Source: an uncultured Gammaproteobacteria bacterium
Lineage (GTDB): Bacteria; Patescibacteriota; Microgenomatia; UBA10105; UBA927
Direction: 5' to 3'
NCBI GenBank assembly: GCA_964629685.1
Contig: CAZVTT010000001.1
Span: 81,877 to 145,876 of the forward strand
Length of the DNA stretch: 64,000 nucleotides
In this document: positions 10,051-19,575 of the stretch, one piece after another
How positions within the stretch are numbered: position 1 is the stretch's first letter
Layout: every line of letters starts with the position of its first letter
The notes under the pieces: generated by a model
The model's input: the letters and a program-made list of their open reading frames with translations, nothing else
Databases searched by the model: none
Told to the model about the DNA's origin: nothing
Translations under genes and position numbers: made by a program

Positions 10051-11670
10051 TCATATTACCCCGAAGTGATCTGTAAACTCATCCAAATCTTCAGGAGTAT
10101 CCAGATCGCCTACCCACGAAACACCATCAAGTAGGATTAATTTTCCGAGTACGCCGGCTTTTGCCAAAGCATTTATAGCTTCCTGACTGTTACGGGTACC
10201 CGTTACCAACATTTTTCTGGTATCGCACGCAAAAACCAGCTTTTTTATATGCACTCTTCCATCTTCCTCAGCATCACGATCACATGACAGAATACGTCCA
10301 TCTATATCTAGCTTATAAGAATACTTAGACGTATCGGTAGGAATACCTACAACGACAAAAGGGTATCCTTCATCAACTAAGGCTGCTTTTATTCGCTCAC
10401 CGCATACTCTTAAGTTCTCTTCCGGTACATCTACTACTCTATCACCGGCTAAAGAGAGCAAAAACGTAGATTCAGGTAAAACCGTAAATAAATTGTTTAA
10501 GCTATCAGCAGGTCCGGTCATTCGGTCGTAAGCCGGCTCAATAAACGCAATGGGGATATCAGGCTGCGTTTCGGTTTTCCAACCGTCAAATTCAGCCTCA
10601 TGATCAGGTCGGCGCATCAACTGTATAGTCGGTTCAAAACCGTTTAGTTTTGTAAAAATCGTTAATGGCCGGATTGCCTTATCTAATACTGTATCTCCGT
10701 CCGGCAATCCCAACAATGATTTGGGACCATCACCTGTAATCGTCCGCAACCGCTCATTTTTTCCAGCAACCGCAATAGTAGTCTGTATTGTATTCGGATG
10801 ATGGTAAGGAGCATCTTCATGCCGTACAAGCGATCGTAAATTTGTATGCATTTGCTGTTGAAAAATTTCCGTTAAATGCTTCGGCAATTTTCTGCCACCG
10901 GTGGTCGGATTCAAATCTATAAAATACCATAACCCGGTTTCAGGATTCCGGATAAAATCAAAACCTCCCCAATATAATTTAAATTCATGCATTGCAAATT
11001 CACAAAATCTGGCTATCTGTGGAGGACACTCTTGCGGTTCAGTATCTCCTGCCCATGAAAGGTAATAAAACACATTTGGCGCTACACCGTACACCTTCAT
11101 CGTCTCCCCGTGAATCTGTTGTTGGAATACATAATCATCCTCTATCTGTCTGGCATGTGAAACGATAGTATCCCACACTTCACCTTGAGCAGGAATTTGA
11201 TACACGTTGTTACAAATAAGCCGCGTCTCACCAATCGTAATTCGCGGCTTCACAATACTCCCGCCCAACTGTTTATCCAATCTGGACACACCTTCTCTCA
11301 TCTTCCCGGATGTCTGCCAGGAAACGATTTTTTCTCTCGGAAGCATAATTGTAAGGGGCGTAGCTACATCATTTTGCCTGCACCAGTTATATAACTCCCA
11401 TTTATCCACTGCCCGCACCATCTGTTCGGGCGTAGGATACATTTCTACACCTGTGCGTGCGACTTCCTCAAATCGCACAGTTGAAGACATGGCAATTACA
11501 AAATCATTATCCGGATCAATTTCTGTGGGTGTATCACGATCCCGATACACATAGGGTATACCCGATGACCTCAAAGCTTCCGCAAACGCGCGGGATTTGG
11601 GAGATTCTCCTATCCGTTCACCGTATGCCAGTACTAATCTATTTGGTGTATCAAACCCCGTGTCAGACAT
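10051..11670 (-). CDS. Fusion protein: an N-terminal ATP-grasp ligase domain plus a C-terminal MobA/CofC-like nucleotidyltransferase domain
   Basis: 539 aa. The ATP-grasp C-terminal core reads GGFDFIRNPETGLWYFIDLNP, preceded by SIVKPRITIGE. The C-terminal ~170 aa ends LLDGVSWVGDLDTPEDL, the DxDTPEDL ending typical of MobA-like NTP transferases. Confidence 0.5.
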   Translation of the reverse strand: MSDTGFDTPNRLVLAYGERIGESPKSRAFAEALRSSGIPYVYRDRDTPTEIDPDNDFVIAMSSTVRFEEVARTGVEMYPTPEQMVRAVDKWELYNWCRQNDVATPLTIMLPREKIVSWQTSGKMREGVSRLDKQLGGSIVKPRITIGETRLICNNVYQIPAQGEVWDTIVSHARQIEDDYVFQQQIHGETMKVYGVAPNVFYYLSWAGDTEPQECPPQIARFCEFAMHEFKLYWGGFDFIRNPETGLWYFIDLNPTTGGRKLPKHLTEIFQQQMHTNLRSLVRHEDAPYHHPNTIQTTIAVAGKNERLRTITGDGPKSLLGLPDGDTVLDKAIRPLTIFTKLNGFEPTIQLMRRPDHEAEFDGWKTETQPDIPIAFIEPAYDRMTGPADSLNNLFTVLPESTFLLSLAGDRVVDVPEENLRVCGERIKAALVDEGYPFVVVGIPTDTSKYSYKLDIDGRILSCDRDAEEDGRVHIKKLVFACDTRKMLVTGTRNSQEAINALAKAGVLGKLILLDGVSWVGDLDTPEDLDEFTDHFGVI

Positions 11671-11733
11671 AAATATCCATACCTATGCTACTAGAAATTT
11701 CTCTATAACGCACATTTTAACCTATAGTTTACT

Positions 11734-12501
11734 TTGTTTTGGTTTACTGGTACAATCGACACTCGCTCAAAAACGTATATGCCGAGAATTGAAGCACAAA
11801 CCAGCGAACGAATAATCAGTAGTGTCGGCGGTTCTATCATCCGGCCGGACAGGCTTAATCAGCCGGTAGTAGATACCTTCATGGAGTTTTGCAGGAATGT
11901 TTTACATCAAAACAAGGCCGGCATTTTTATTATCGGTGGTGGCGGACAAGCACGACACGTGATAGAGGATGCCAAAGCCATGGGCGTAACCGATCCGGAC
12001 GCACTAGATCGTTTAGGCATCCAGGTAACCTGGCAAAATGTATTTATGCTTCATGAAATTTTTACCGCTGGTAATATAGCAGTAGCTATCCGTACGGCAG
12101 ACCCGCAACCCCAGTCGGGCATAATTTATTTACAGGGAGGTGGTGCACCGGGTCATACCACAGACTATGAAGCTGTTAAAGCTGCAATTCAAACAGGAGA
12201 ACACTTAGTAGTCAATATTTCCAATACACCCGGATTACACCCAGCTTTAGCTGACGGTTCACTAAAAACCGATGAAATAATAAGTGAAATCAGTATCGAC
12301 AGATACCTCAATATGTTCACACCGGGACATGAACCTGGCAGAAATCTGCCGTTTGATACGAACGCAGCCCTGCTGGCCAGAGAACACGATATTACCATCG
12401 CGCTGTCAGGTGCCGACTTTTCCAACGTTTTCCATATTTTGAACGGAGAAAACTTTGAAGGTACACTGATAACTCCGGTGTCTCAAACGGTTCACCCCTG
12501 A
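11734..12501 (+). CDS. Amino-acid-kinase family protein, a divergent UMP-kinase-like paralog
   Basis: IIGGGGQARHVIEDAKAMG and LDRLGIQVTWQNVFM are colinear with archaeal UMPK. The TNVDGVYxxDPR motif is replaced by NISNTPGLHPALADGS. The gene is divergent from the ATP-grasp/NTase fusion, with a 63-nt spacer. Confidence 0.55.
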   Translation: MFWFTGTIDTRSKTYMPRIEAQTSERIISSVGGSIIRPDRLNQPVVDTFMEFCRNVLHQNKAGIFIIGGGGQARHVIEDAKAMGVTDPDALDRLGIQVTWQNVFMLHEIFTAGNIAVAIRTADPQPQSGIIYLQGGGAPGHTTDYEAVKAAIQTGEHLVVNISNTPGLHPALADGSLKTDEIISEISIDRYLNMFTPGHEPGRNLPFDTNAALLAREHDITIALSGADFSNVFHILNGENFEGTLITPVSQTVHP

Positions 12502-13322
12502 CAAACCGGACAGACATACGTTCCCCGCCCCATAAACATTACTTTCCGTATCAATGCGCCACACCGCGCACATGGTTGTTTTGCCTGCCCGTACACCCGG
12601 AAATGGTCCTGTACCGTTCCTTTATGCCCAAAAGCATCCCGGAAATTATCCGATGATGCCCCCTGCCAACGGATAGCTGCGCTCATCACCGATTCCAGAC
12701 AATCAAATAATAACCCGGCTTGTTTCTGTGTTAACGAATTTGCTTTTCTCATAGGATGTAGCTTTGCACTCCACAATGCTTCATTCGCATAAATATTTCC
12801 TATGCCTGCCACCTTCTGTTGATCCAGGAGCAGTACTTTTATTGGACGGGTACTTCCTGTCACTATTTCCACAAATCGGGCTTTCGTTAAATTGCGGAAA
12901 AATTCCGGCCCCAACGTTTTTACGTAATTCAACTGCTCCACGGAATCGGTCGGAATTATCTGTACAAAACCGAAAGTACGTTGATCATGAAAATACAAAG
13001 ATGTACCGTCTGTGAATGTCACCACCACGTGCGTATGCTTATCGGTAGCATACTCTACATCCCATTCCTGCAAAACTGTTTTCTGTGCAACCACCACTCT
13101 GCCTGTCATTTTCAAATGAATAATAACGGAATAATTACCGGTTACATCAATAACGAGTAATTTACTGTATCTGCGTACCCGCAGCACCGTTTGAGAGAGA
13201 AGAAAATCCACATTTCCATGAAATGATTTTGCGCGACGGATATCTACGGAAGATACTGTTAACCCCGGTAATATACCGGCAAGTTGTGCACGCACCGTTT
13301 CAACCTCGGGAAGTTCTGGCAT
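12492..13322 (-). CDS. mutM: Formamidopyrimidine-DNA glycosylase (Fpg/MutM)
   Basis: The N-terminus MPELPEVE supplies the catalytic Pro2. The C-terminal zinc finger reads CARCGALIRK...GRGTYVCPVCQG. The start is trimmed to the MPELPEV Met, because an N-terminal proline is required. Confidence 0.85.
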   Translation of the reverse strand: MPELPEVETVRAQLAGILPGLTVSSVDIRRAKSFHGNVDFLLSQTVLRVRRYSKLLVIDVTGNYSVIIHLKMTGRVVVAQKTVLQEWDVEYATDKHTHVVVTFTDGTSLYFHDQRTFGFVQIIPTDSVEQLNYVKTLGPEFFRNLTKARFVEIVTGSTRPIKVLLLDQQKVAGIGNIYANEALWSAKLHPMRKANSLTQKQAGLLFDCLESVMSAAIRWQGASSDNFRDAFGHKGTVQDHFRVYGQAKQPCARCGALIRKVMFMGRGTYVCPVCQG

Positions 13323-13335
13323 GGAGTGTACTATA

Positions 13336-15459
13336 TCATACGGACTCATCCGGTACGGTACGTCCTGCAAATTTTTCAGCTAAATCCGTAGAAACAATCC
13401 GATCATCAATCGTAACGGACTTGGTCCAGAGTGCAAACGCCTGCCGCATCACGGATTCCGACTCCGGCTTGAGACGCAGTAATCGGTCAATTTCATCCAC
13501 TTGTTCATCGGTCAAACGAAATACTTTAAATAAACGCGTTTCCGCTAATTTTCGCTCTAACGTGTCAAGTCGTTCCATTAACGGCACGGATCTTGGCCGT
13601 TTAATTTGACTGTCTGTCATGTCGCGTTTAACCGAAAGCACGTGTTCAGCAGATTTTATCGTCGCATCTTCCCGGCGGATTAATGTCCCGCGTTTGCGGT
13701 ATACCATTCCCCGTACGCCTTCTTCAAACACTAACACATTTTCCAGTTGTCCCGCTTCATTTACCAAACGGGCAAGATCCATTTCCGTGAGAATCATTGC
13801 CTGATCCTGCAGTGTTTCCAGAACATAAGGAATAACCGGCGCAACATCGTTTAACCTCCGCACTACATCGGCATCATCCCGTCGGATAAACATATCGTCG
13901 TTCACAACGTCGGCAGTCTTTCCGTACGCGATACACGTTTGAACCAATGCTTCCGTCGGTTCGCGCTGCGGACTACGAAAATGCCGTACAGTCAGCACGT
14001 TCATCATCATCTTCATCCGCTTTACATCTCCGGCTTGTGTGGGTATTGGCAAAATTTCCGCAGGAGAACCGTCAAGATCATCAAAAACTACCTCTTCAAG
14101 TAATAAATTATTTCCGACCGTTATTTCTTCCGCAGCTATAAAAACAGACTCAGGATTTATTCCCAATTCCCTACACCATTGCCCGATCACTTCAGCAGAT
14201 ATGTTCTGTGACAACGCGTAAGATAAAAGATTCAGTCTGTCTTCAAACGAGCCCAACGGCAAATCCTCATTTCGCTTAAGATGTCTGAATCCGCCGGGAA
14301 GATGCTTCGGAACAATATCCGACGCGTTGGCGGTCATGCCCGAGTCCTGATCGGCATCCACTACTCCACCACGATCCAGGTGCGGATACTTTTCTTTTTG
14401 CTCAGCGGTAAACTTCCGTTTATCTTTCATAAGAAACCCCCCGAGACAGACATCCGATTCACTGGCCATGCTGGCAACCATCGTTGCTAAAAAATCCTTG
14501 TTTATCTGATGTTTTGCAAGAATTTCCGGTAATCCTTCTGCCTCCGTTTCCAACAGATGGGAAATAGAATCTGCCAGTACTTCATCTTCACTAAACGTCA
14601 CGCCCACGGTGGCATCTCCCCGCTTTCGTGTTTTCATAAACACATCTCCCCATCCGGGTGTCATCACATCATGTAAATACGCTGCCATAACCAAATATTT
14701 ACCGTACTCCGTTGCCTGAAGTAATGCTTCCGTTTCCGTAGCATCAAAATATACTCCTCCGTTAGCAATAGATCTGGCTACCGCCGTTTTCGTGGACTCG
14801 GAGGGAACCAATACAAACGGATCGCTGACACGGCCGGCCATTTCCGAATACCGCTGCATATCAGTGTCAACTCGACGCAAATAAAGCGCAGGTCTCTGCA
14901 GGGCCATCCGGATATTGGTTTGTACCACCATCCGTGCCAAGTGCTGGCTATGATCTGCCCGCGTCAGTCTGTCATCCTGTAACCGCACGTCCGTCTGCCC
15001 AATACCAGCTAACCGTTTCATACCGGGAGTAGCATTTAACATTACCGTAAGCGCCTCTGGGTCACCGGTAAAACCCACATGCAATTCCACATTATCGTCA
15101 CTGCCTCTTTCCGCTGCCTTGCGGGGAGAACGGATACCATACACGCGCTCGGCAATTTCCCGACGTACTAATCGTTGTTCACGGGATAATGAAGTAAGTT
15201 CCGTATGCGCGAACGCATCGGGGTTCACCGGTTTTACCGGCGTATCAGGCGGAAACAACACATCCTGCAGCAATCGGTCATATTCATTCATACTGGTGGT
15301 ATCTACGATTACCCGTAGACGCTCTTCCAGAGACAAATCTGCTAAATCATGATGCTCTCCCGTCCTGGGATGTATCCAAGATTTTGGGGCATGTTCCGGA
15401 GCTGGTGTTAAACCACTATCGTGTTCGGCATGCAGCAGAACTTCAGGAGAATCGGGCAT
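13336..15459 (-). CDS. Hypothetical protein, 707 aa
   Basis: A long ORF with no recognisable motif. Its stop lies 14 nt before the mutM start. Confidence 0.5.
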   Translation of the reverse strand: MPDSPEVLLHAEHDSGLTPAPEHAPKSWIHPRTGEHHDLADLSLEERLRVIVDTTSMNEYDRLLQDVLFPPDTPVKPVNPDAFAHTELTSLSREQRLVRREIAERVYGIRSPRKAAERGSDDNVELHVGFTGDPEALTVMLNATPGMKRLAGIGQTDVRLQDDRLTRADHSQHLARMVVQTNIRMALQRPALYLRRVDTDMQRYSEMAGRVSDPFVLVPSESTKTAVARSIANGGVYFDATETEALLQATEYGKYLVMAAYLHDVMTPGWGDVFMKTRKRGDATVGVTFSEDEVLADSISHLLETEAEGLPEILAKHQINKDFLATMVASMASESDVCLGGFLMKDKRKFTAEQKEKYPHLDRGGVVDADQDSGMTANASDIVPKHLPGGFRHLKRNEDLPLGSFEDRLNLLSYALSQNISAEVIGQWCRELGINPESVFIAAEEITVGNNLLLEEVVFDDLDGSPAEILPIPTQAGDVKRMKMMMNVLTVRHFRSPQREPTEALVQTCIAYGKTADVVNDDMFIRRDDADVVRRLNDVAPVIPYVLETLQDQAMILTEMDLARLVNEAGQLENVLVFEEGVRGMVYRKRGTLIRREDATIKSAEHVLSVKRDMTDSQIKRPRSVPLMERLDTLERKLAETRLFKVFRLTDEQVDEIDRLLRLKPESESVMRQAFALWTKSVTIDDRIVSTDLAEKFAGRTVPDESV

Positions 15460-15510
15460 AACTCTATCTTACGATATCTTACGGGTAGTACCAATGTTAT
15501 ACCGATCTGG

Positions 15511-16626
15511 TTACAGCATTTTACGCCGGGAAGCATACTTTTCCTCTACAAACGTCCGGATTGCATGTTTAAACTCTGCAGTACCGAACTGTTCCGCCTG
15601 ACGCGTACAAGCCGCGCTCCAATCTGTCTTTGTGCGTTCAAACGTAAACATTGCCGCCGCGAGTGCCGCCGCTGTCGGAGAAGTAAACCACACTCCCGTT
15701 TTTCCGTCGATAACCGTTTCTTTTACTCCACCCTGAGCCAGGGCTATAACCGGAACTCCGTAGGCCATAGACTCAACGGGCACCATACCGAAGTCTTCAT
15801 CAAGAGCACAAAACAACAACGCTTTTGCTCCTGCGTATAACTCGGACAACTGCGCATCCGTAACTGCTCCGCAAAACTCTATCGTGGGTCCGGCTATTGC
15901 CCGCAAAGCAGCCTCTTCTTTTCCCGTTCCGACTATTTTTAATGGCTGCTTCCGTTCATTACAGGCAATAATTGCCAAATGTATCTGCTTTGAATACGTC
16001 AACCTTCCCACAGACAGATAGTATTCCCCTTTTATCTTATTCTGCACACGCTTCGGTAAATGTACGGGTGGATAAATCACCGTACTGTCCCGTCTGTAAA
16101 ATTTTTCAACCCGTCGTGCCGTTTCCTGAGAATTAGCCACAAAATAATCAACTTTTTGTGCGGTTCGGAAATCGTATTTCCGCAGATAAAAATTAATGAG
16201 ATGGGCATACGCGCGAACGATTCCGTATTTCTGCAGGGAGCTTCCGGTAGCGTACCCATATAAATTTCGCGGCGGGTGATGGATGTAACAAATATGCAAT
16301 TGTGGTGGCTCGGTTATAACGCCTCTGCAGATATACCATCCACTGGAAGATAACACCACGTCATAACCCGACATATCAAATGATTCCCAAACCTGAGGAG
16401 CCAAAAAACGCAATGGCGAATGTAACCGTTTCACCAGTGGATTATGTTGCACCCAACTGGTACGGATATCCCAACCGTTAAACCTGGCGGCATGAGCACC
16501 CAAAGCATCCCAGTCGACAAATGAAGTATATAACGGTGCAGTAGGCCAAATTTCATGCATCACTTCTACTACTCTTTCGGCACCACCAAACTCACGAAGA
16601 TAATCATGCACCAATGCCAATTTCAT
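15511..16626 (-). CDS. Glycosyltransferase family 4 (GT-B, group 1)
   Basis: 371 aa with a C-terminal EDFGMVPVESMAYGVPVIA motif (the E-x7-E region) and the KIVGTGKEE motif of GT4 enzymes. Confidence 0.75.
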   Translation of the reverse strand: MKLALVHDYLREFGGAERVVEVMHEIWPTAPLYTSFVDWDALGAHAARFNGWDIRTSWVQHNPLVKRLHSPLRFLAPQVWESFDMSGYDVVLSSSGWYICRGVITEPPQLHICYIHHPPRNLYGYATGSSLQKYGIVRAYAHLINFYLRKYDFRTAQKVDYFVANSQETARRVEKFYRRDSTVIYPPVHLPKRVQNKIKGEYYLSVGRLTYSKQIHLAIIACNERKQPLKIVGTGKEEAALRAIAGPTIEFCGAVTDAQLSELYAGAKALLFCALDEDFGMVPVESMAYGVPVIALAQGGVKETVIDGKTGVWFTSPTAAALAAAMFTFERTKTDWSAACTRQAEQFGTAEFKHAIRTFVEEKYASRRKML

Positions 16627-17594
16627 ACGAGAGATAACTGCGTGTTCCCGGAATCATCTGATTCCTTTTTCTGATTTCTTTTCTTTTCCCCTGCTGCTTT
16701 CGGGACATCATTAGCATAGGACAATTGCACCCGCTTAAGCAAAGAATGAAATTGCAGTTTTGAAAGCATATCTACACCGTCAGGAGTTGCCAATGTGGTA
16801 AATACGAGCCTGTGCCAATCTATATCAATAGGAACATCTTTTTTAATAGTCGCAAGTGTCTTAGATAAAAAAGCTGATTCTTTTCCCTGTGTAAGTTTTG
16901 TCTTAATCGATTCTTTCAGATCGGTATTGCCGGACATAAGCGCGGCATATATTCCTTCTACCGTTTCGTACTTATGAACTAAATCTACCGCTGTTTTTGG
17001 ACCAACACCCGGAACACCCGGGTAATTATCGGAAGCATCCCCTGCCAAAGCTTTATAATCTATGAGCTGTTTCGGAGTTACGCCTAAACGCTCAACCACT
17101 GCTTTTGAATCGTATAATTTAGCTTCTGATAAGCCTTTTACCGGCATAAATACCAATATCCGTTCATCATCCACCAGTTGCAAAATATCCCTATCACCGG
17201 TCACAATAACAACTTGTTCTATACCATGCGTGGCTGCCTGTGTCGAAATGGTTCCTAAAATATCATCGGCTTCATATCCATCCAGTTCATATACCGAAAC
17301 GGAAAATGCTTTTGCCATGTCATGAACAATGGAAATCTGAATAGATAAATCTGCCTCCATCTCCGGCCGCGTTCCCTGATATTCACCATATAACTGCTTT
17401 CGAAATGTCGGTGCCGGTCTATCAAACGCGACCGCAATATGAGAAGGCCGTAAATCATGCAACAACTTTACCAACATACTGGCAAATCCGTATACGGCAT
17501 TTACGGGAGTACCATCAGGAGCTCTCATCGGGGGTATCGCGTGATATGCGCGATGCAGAATCGCATTTCCGTCTATCAGTACAAGCCTGTTCAT
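16623..17594 (-). CDS. Stand-alone 5'-3' exonuclease / flap endonuclease (the N-terminal domain of Pol I as a separate protein)
   Basis: LVLIDGNAILHRAYHAIPP...GTPVNAVYGFASMLVKLL is the 53EXO N-terminal signature, and the gene is only 341 aa. The start is trimmed to MNRLVLIDG. It overlaps the GT4 start by 4 nt. Confidence 0.75.
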   Translation of the reverse strand: MNRLVLIDGNAILHRAYHAIPPMRAPDGTPVNAVYGFASMLVKLLHDLRPSHIAVAFDRPAPTFRKQLYGEYQGTRPEMEADLSIQISIVHDMAKAFSVSVYELDGYEADDILGTISTQAATHGIEQVVIVTGDRDILQLVDDERILVFMPVKGLSEAKLYDSKAVVERLGVTPKQLIDYKALAGDASDNYPGVPGVGPKTAVDLVHKYETVEGIYAALMSGNTDLKESIKTKLTQGKESAFLSKTLATIKKDVPIDIDWHRLVFTTLATPDGVDMLSKLQFHSLLKRVQLSYANDVPKAAGEKKRNQKKESDDSGNTQLSLV

Positions 17595-17601
17595 GAAGGT
17601 T

Positions 17602-19497
17602 TTACGCCGTGTGAATGGGTTCTCTATGCCCACCCATGAGTACTTCAAATTCTTCGCTTTCGATTGTCTCTTTTTTCACCAGTTCTGCTGCTATTAAATC
17701 AAGTTTATCTTTATGTTTCTTCAATAAACTCAGGGCTTTTTTGTACCCTTCTTCCACAAATCGTTTTACTTCGCGGTCTATAGCCCCCTGCATCTCGGGA
17801 GAGACCTGATTCTGTTCCATATAACTTTTTCCCCACTCCGTCATATCCATTTGCGGACCAAAATTCACCGGACCCAATTCACTCATACCGAATTCCATAA
17901 CCATGTACCGTGCTACCCGTGTTGCCTGGTCAATATCATTAGACGCACCGCTGGTAAATTCATTAAAAATCAACTCTTCCGCTGCACGGCCTCCCATCAT
18001 GACGGCAATTTGCTCTATAAGATGCGATTTCGTTTCATGCAGCCTGTCTTTTTCCGGAGGAGTTAAGGTATACCCTAATGCCATACCCCTGGATACAATA
18101 CTGATTCTGTGCACGGAATCCATATGCGGAGACATATACGTTACTACCGCATGACCGGCTTCGTGATATGCAGTCATTTTCCGATCCAAATCCGTTTGCA
18201 GTCGTTTCTTTTCCGGTCCTAATTTTACTTTCGTAGCGGCTTCTTCCAAATCTTTCATGTCTATTTCCGTCTTGTTCCCTCTGGCAGCCAGAATGGCCGA
18301 TTCGTTCAACATGTTTTCCAAATCAGCACCGCTAAATCCGACTGTCCGTTTGGCAACTTTGTCCCAATCTACTGTTGCAGCATACGGCTTTCCTCTCGCA
18401 TGTATTTTTAGTATCGCTTTACGGCCTTCCATATCCGGCAAATCCAAAACGACTCTCCTGTCGAAGCGTCCTGGCCGCATTAAAGCCGAATCCAGTAAAT
18501 CTCCCCTGTTGGTCGCTGCTACCACCATAACAGCGGTATTCGGTTCAAAACCATCCATCTCTACCAATATCTGATTTAATGTCTGTTCCCGTTCATCGTG
18601 ACCACCCATGATTCCGACACTGCGCATTCTGCCGATGGCATCTATTTCATCAATAAAAATTATGGCTGGAGCATTTTTCTTCGCATTTGCGAATAGATCC
18701 CGTACCCGTGCGGCACCTACTCCTACCAGCATTTCCATAAACTCAGATCCGGCAATACTGTAAAACGGCACTTTCGCTTCTCCGGCCATGGCTTTTGCCA
18801 GCAACGTTTTTCCTGTACCGCTGGGACCGACCAGAATAACGCCTTTGGGAGTACGTGCTCCAAGGGCTTTATATTTTGTCGGATTCTTGAGGAAATCTAC
18901 AATTTCTTCCAGTTCTTTTTTCGCTTCATCCACACCGGCGACATCCGAAAATGTCGTTCTGGGAAGATCCTTATTCCATACCCTAGCTTTACTTTGCCCG
19001 AAAGAAAATAAATTATCTTGCGCTCCACGTGCCTGTCGGAACAGAAAAAGAAAAAATACCACCGTAAGAACCAAAGGTAAAACATTGGTAATAATACCGA
19101 CCCACAATTGTCCGACGCTCAAATCCTTAATGGAAATTTCCACCGATTTGGGATCAACGCCGGCACTTTCGAGTGTTTTATAAAAAGAATCCTGAGGTTC
19201 TTTCCGGGCGGTAATAGTCGAACCGTCTTTATAATGTGCGGTTAACTTATTATCTTCCACGTCTATCTTCTGAATTTTCCCGTCTTTAATATCGGAAACG
19301 ACGGTACTCACGGGCTTTTCATCCTGCATTCCGGTCTGCCCGCTTAGGCTACCTACAAACGAAATAAACAGGAAAAATAAAAAGAGCACGATAAAAACAT
19401 TTTTCAAATTTAAATTAAACTTGAACTCGAACATTTTCCCGTTTTTCTTCCCGGGTCCGTTATTTTTCTTCGTACGATTGGGAGTTTTTTCCATCAT
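17602..19497 (-). CDS. ftsH: ATP-dependent zinc metalloprotease FtsH
   Basis: AAA Walker [19 protein letters not shown], Walker [10 protein letters not shown], and the zinc-binding HEAGHA motif, after an N-terminal transmembrane region. The start is estimated at MMEKTPN. Confidence 0.9.
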   Translation of the reverse strand: MMEKTPNRTKKNNGPGKKNGKMFEFKFNLNLKNVFIVLFLFFLFISFVGSLSGQTGMQDEKPVSTVVSDIKDGKIQKIDVEDNKLTAHYKDGSTITARKEPQDSFYKTLESAGVDPKSVEISIKDLSVGQLWVGIITNVLPLVLTVVFFLFLFRQARGAQDNLFSFGQSKARVWNKDLPRTTFSDVAGVDEAKKELEEIVDFLKNPTKYKALGARTPKGVILVGPSGTGKTLLAKAMAGEAKVPFYSIAGSEFMEMLVGVGAARVRDLFANAKKNAPAIIFIDEIDAIGRMRSVGIMGGHDEREQTLNQILVEMDGFEPNTAVMVVAATNRGDLLDSALMRPGRFDRRVVLDLPDMEGRKAILKIHARGKPYAATVDWDKVAKRTVGFSGADLENMLNESAILAARGNKTEIDMKDLEEAATKVKLGPEKKRLQTDLDRKMTAYHEAGHAVVTYMSPHMDSVHRISIVSRGMALGYTLTPPEKDRLHETKSHLIEQIAVMMGGRAAEELIFNEFTSGASNDIDQATRVARYMVMEFGMSELGPVNFGPQMDMTEWGKSYMEQNQVSPEMQGAIDREVKRFVEEGYKKALSLLKKHKDKLDLIAAELVKKETIESEEFEVLMGGHREPIHTA

Positions 19498-19575
19498 TCC
19501 AAGTGCGAGGATGAATACATCACACGCGTAGGCCAAAATTATACCACATGGGCAAATAATAGCATAGCGCACTCG

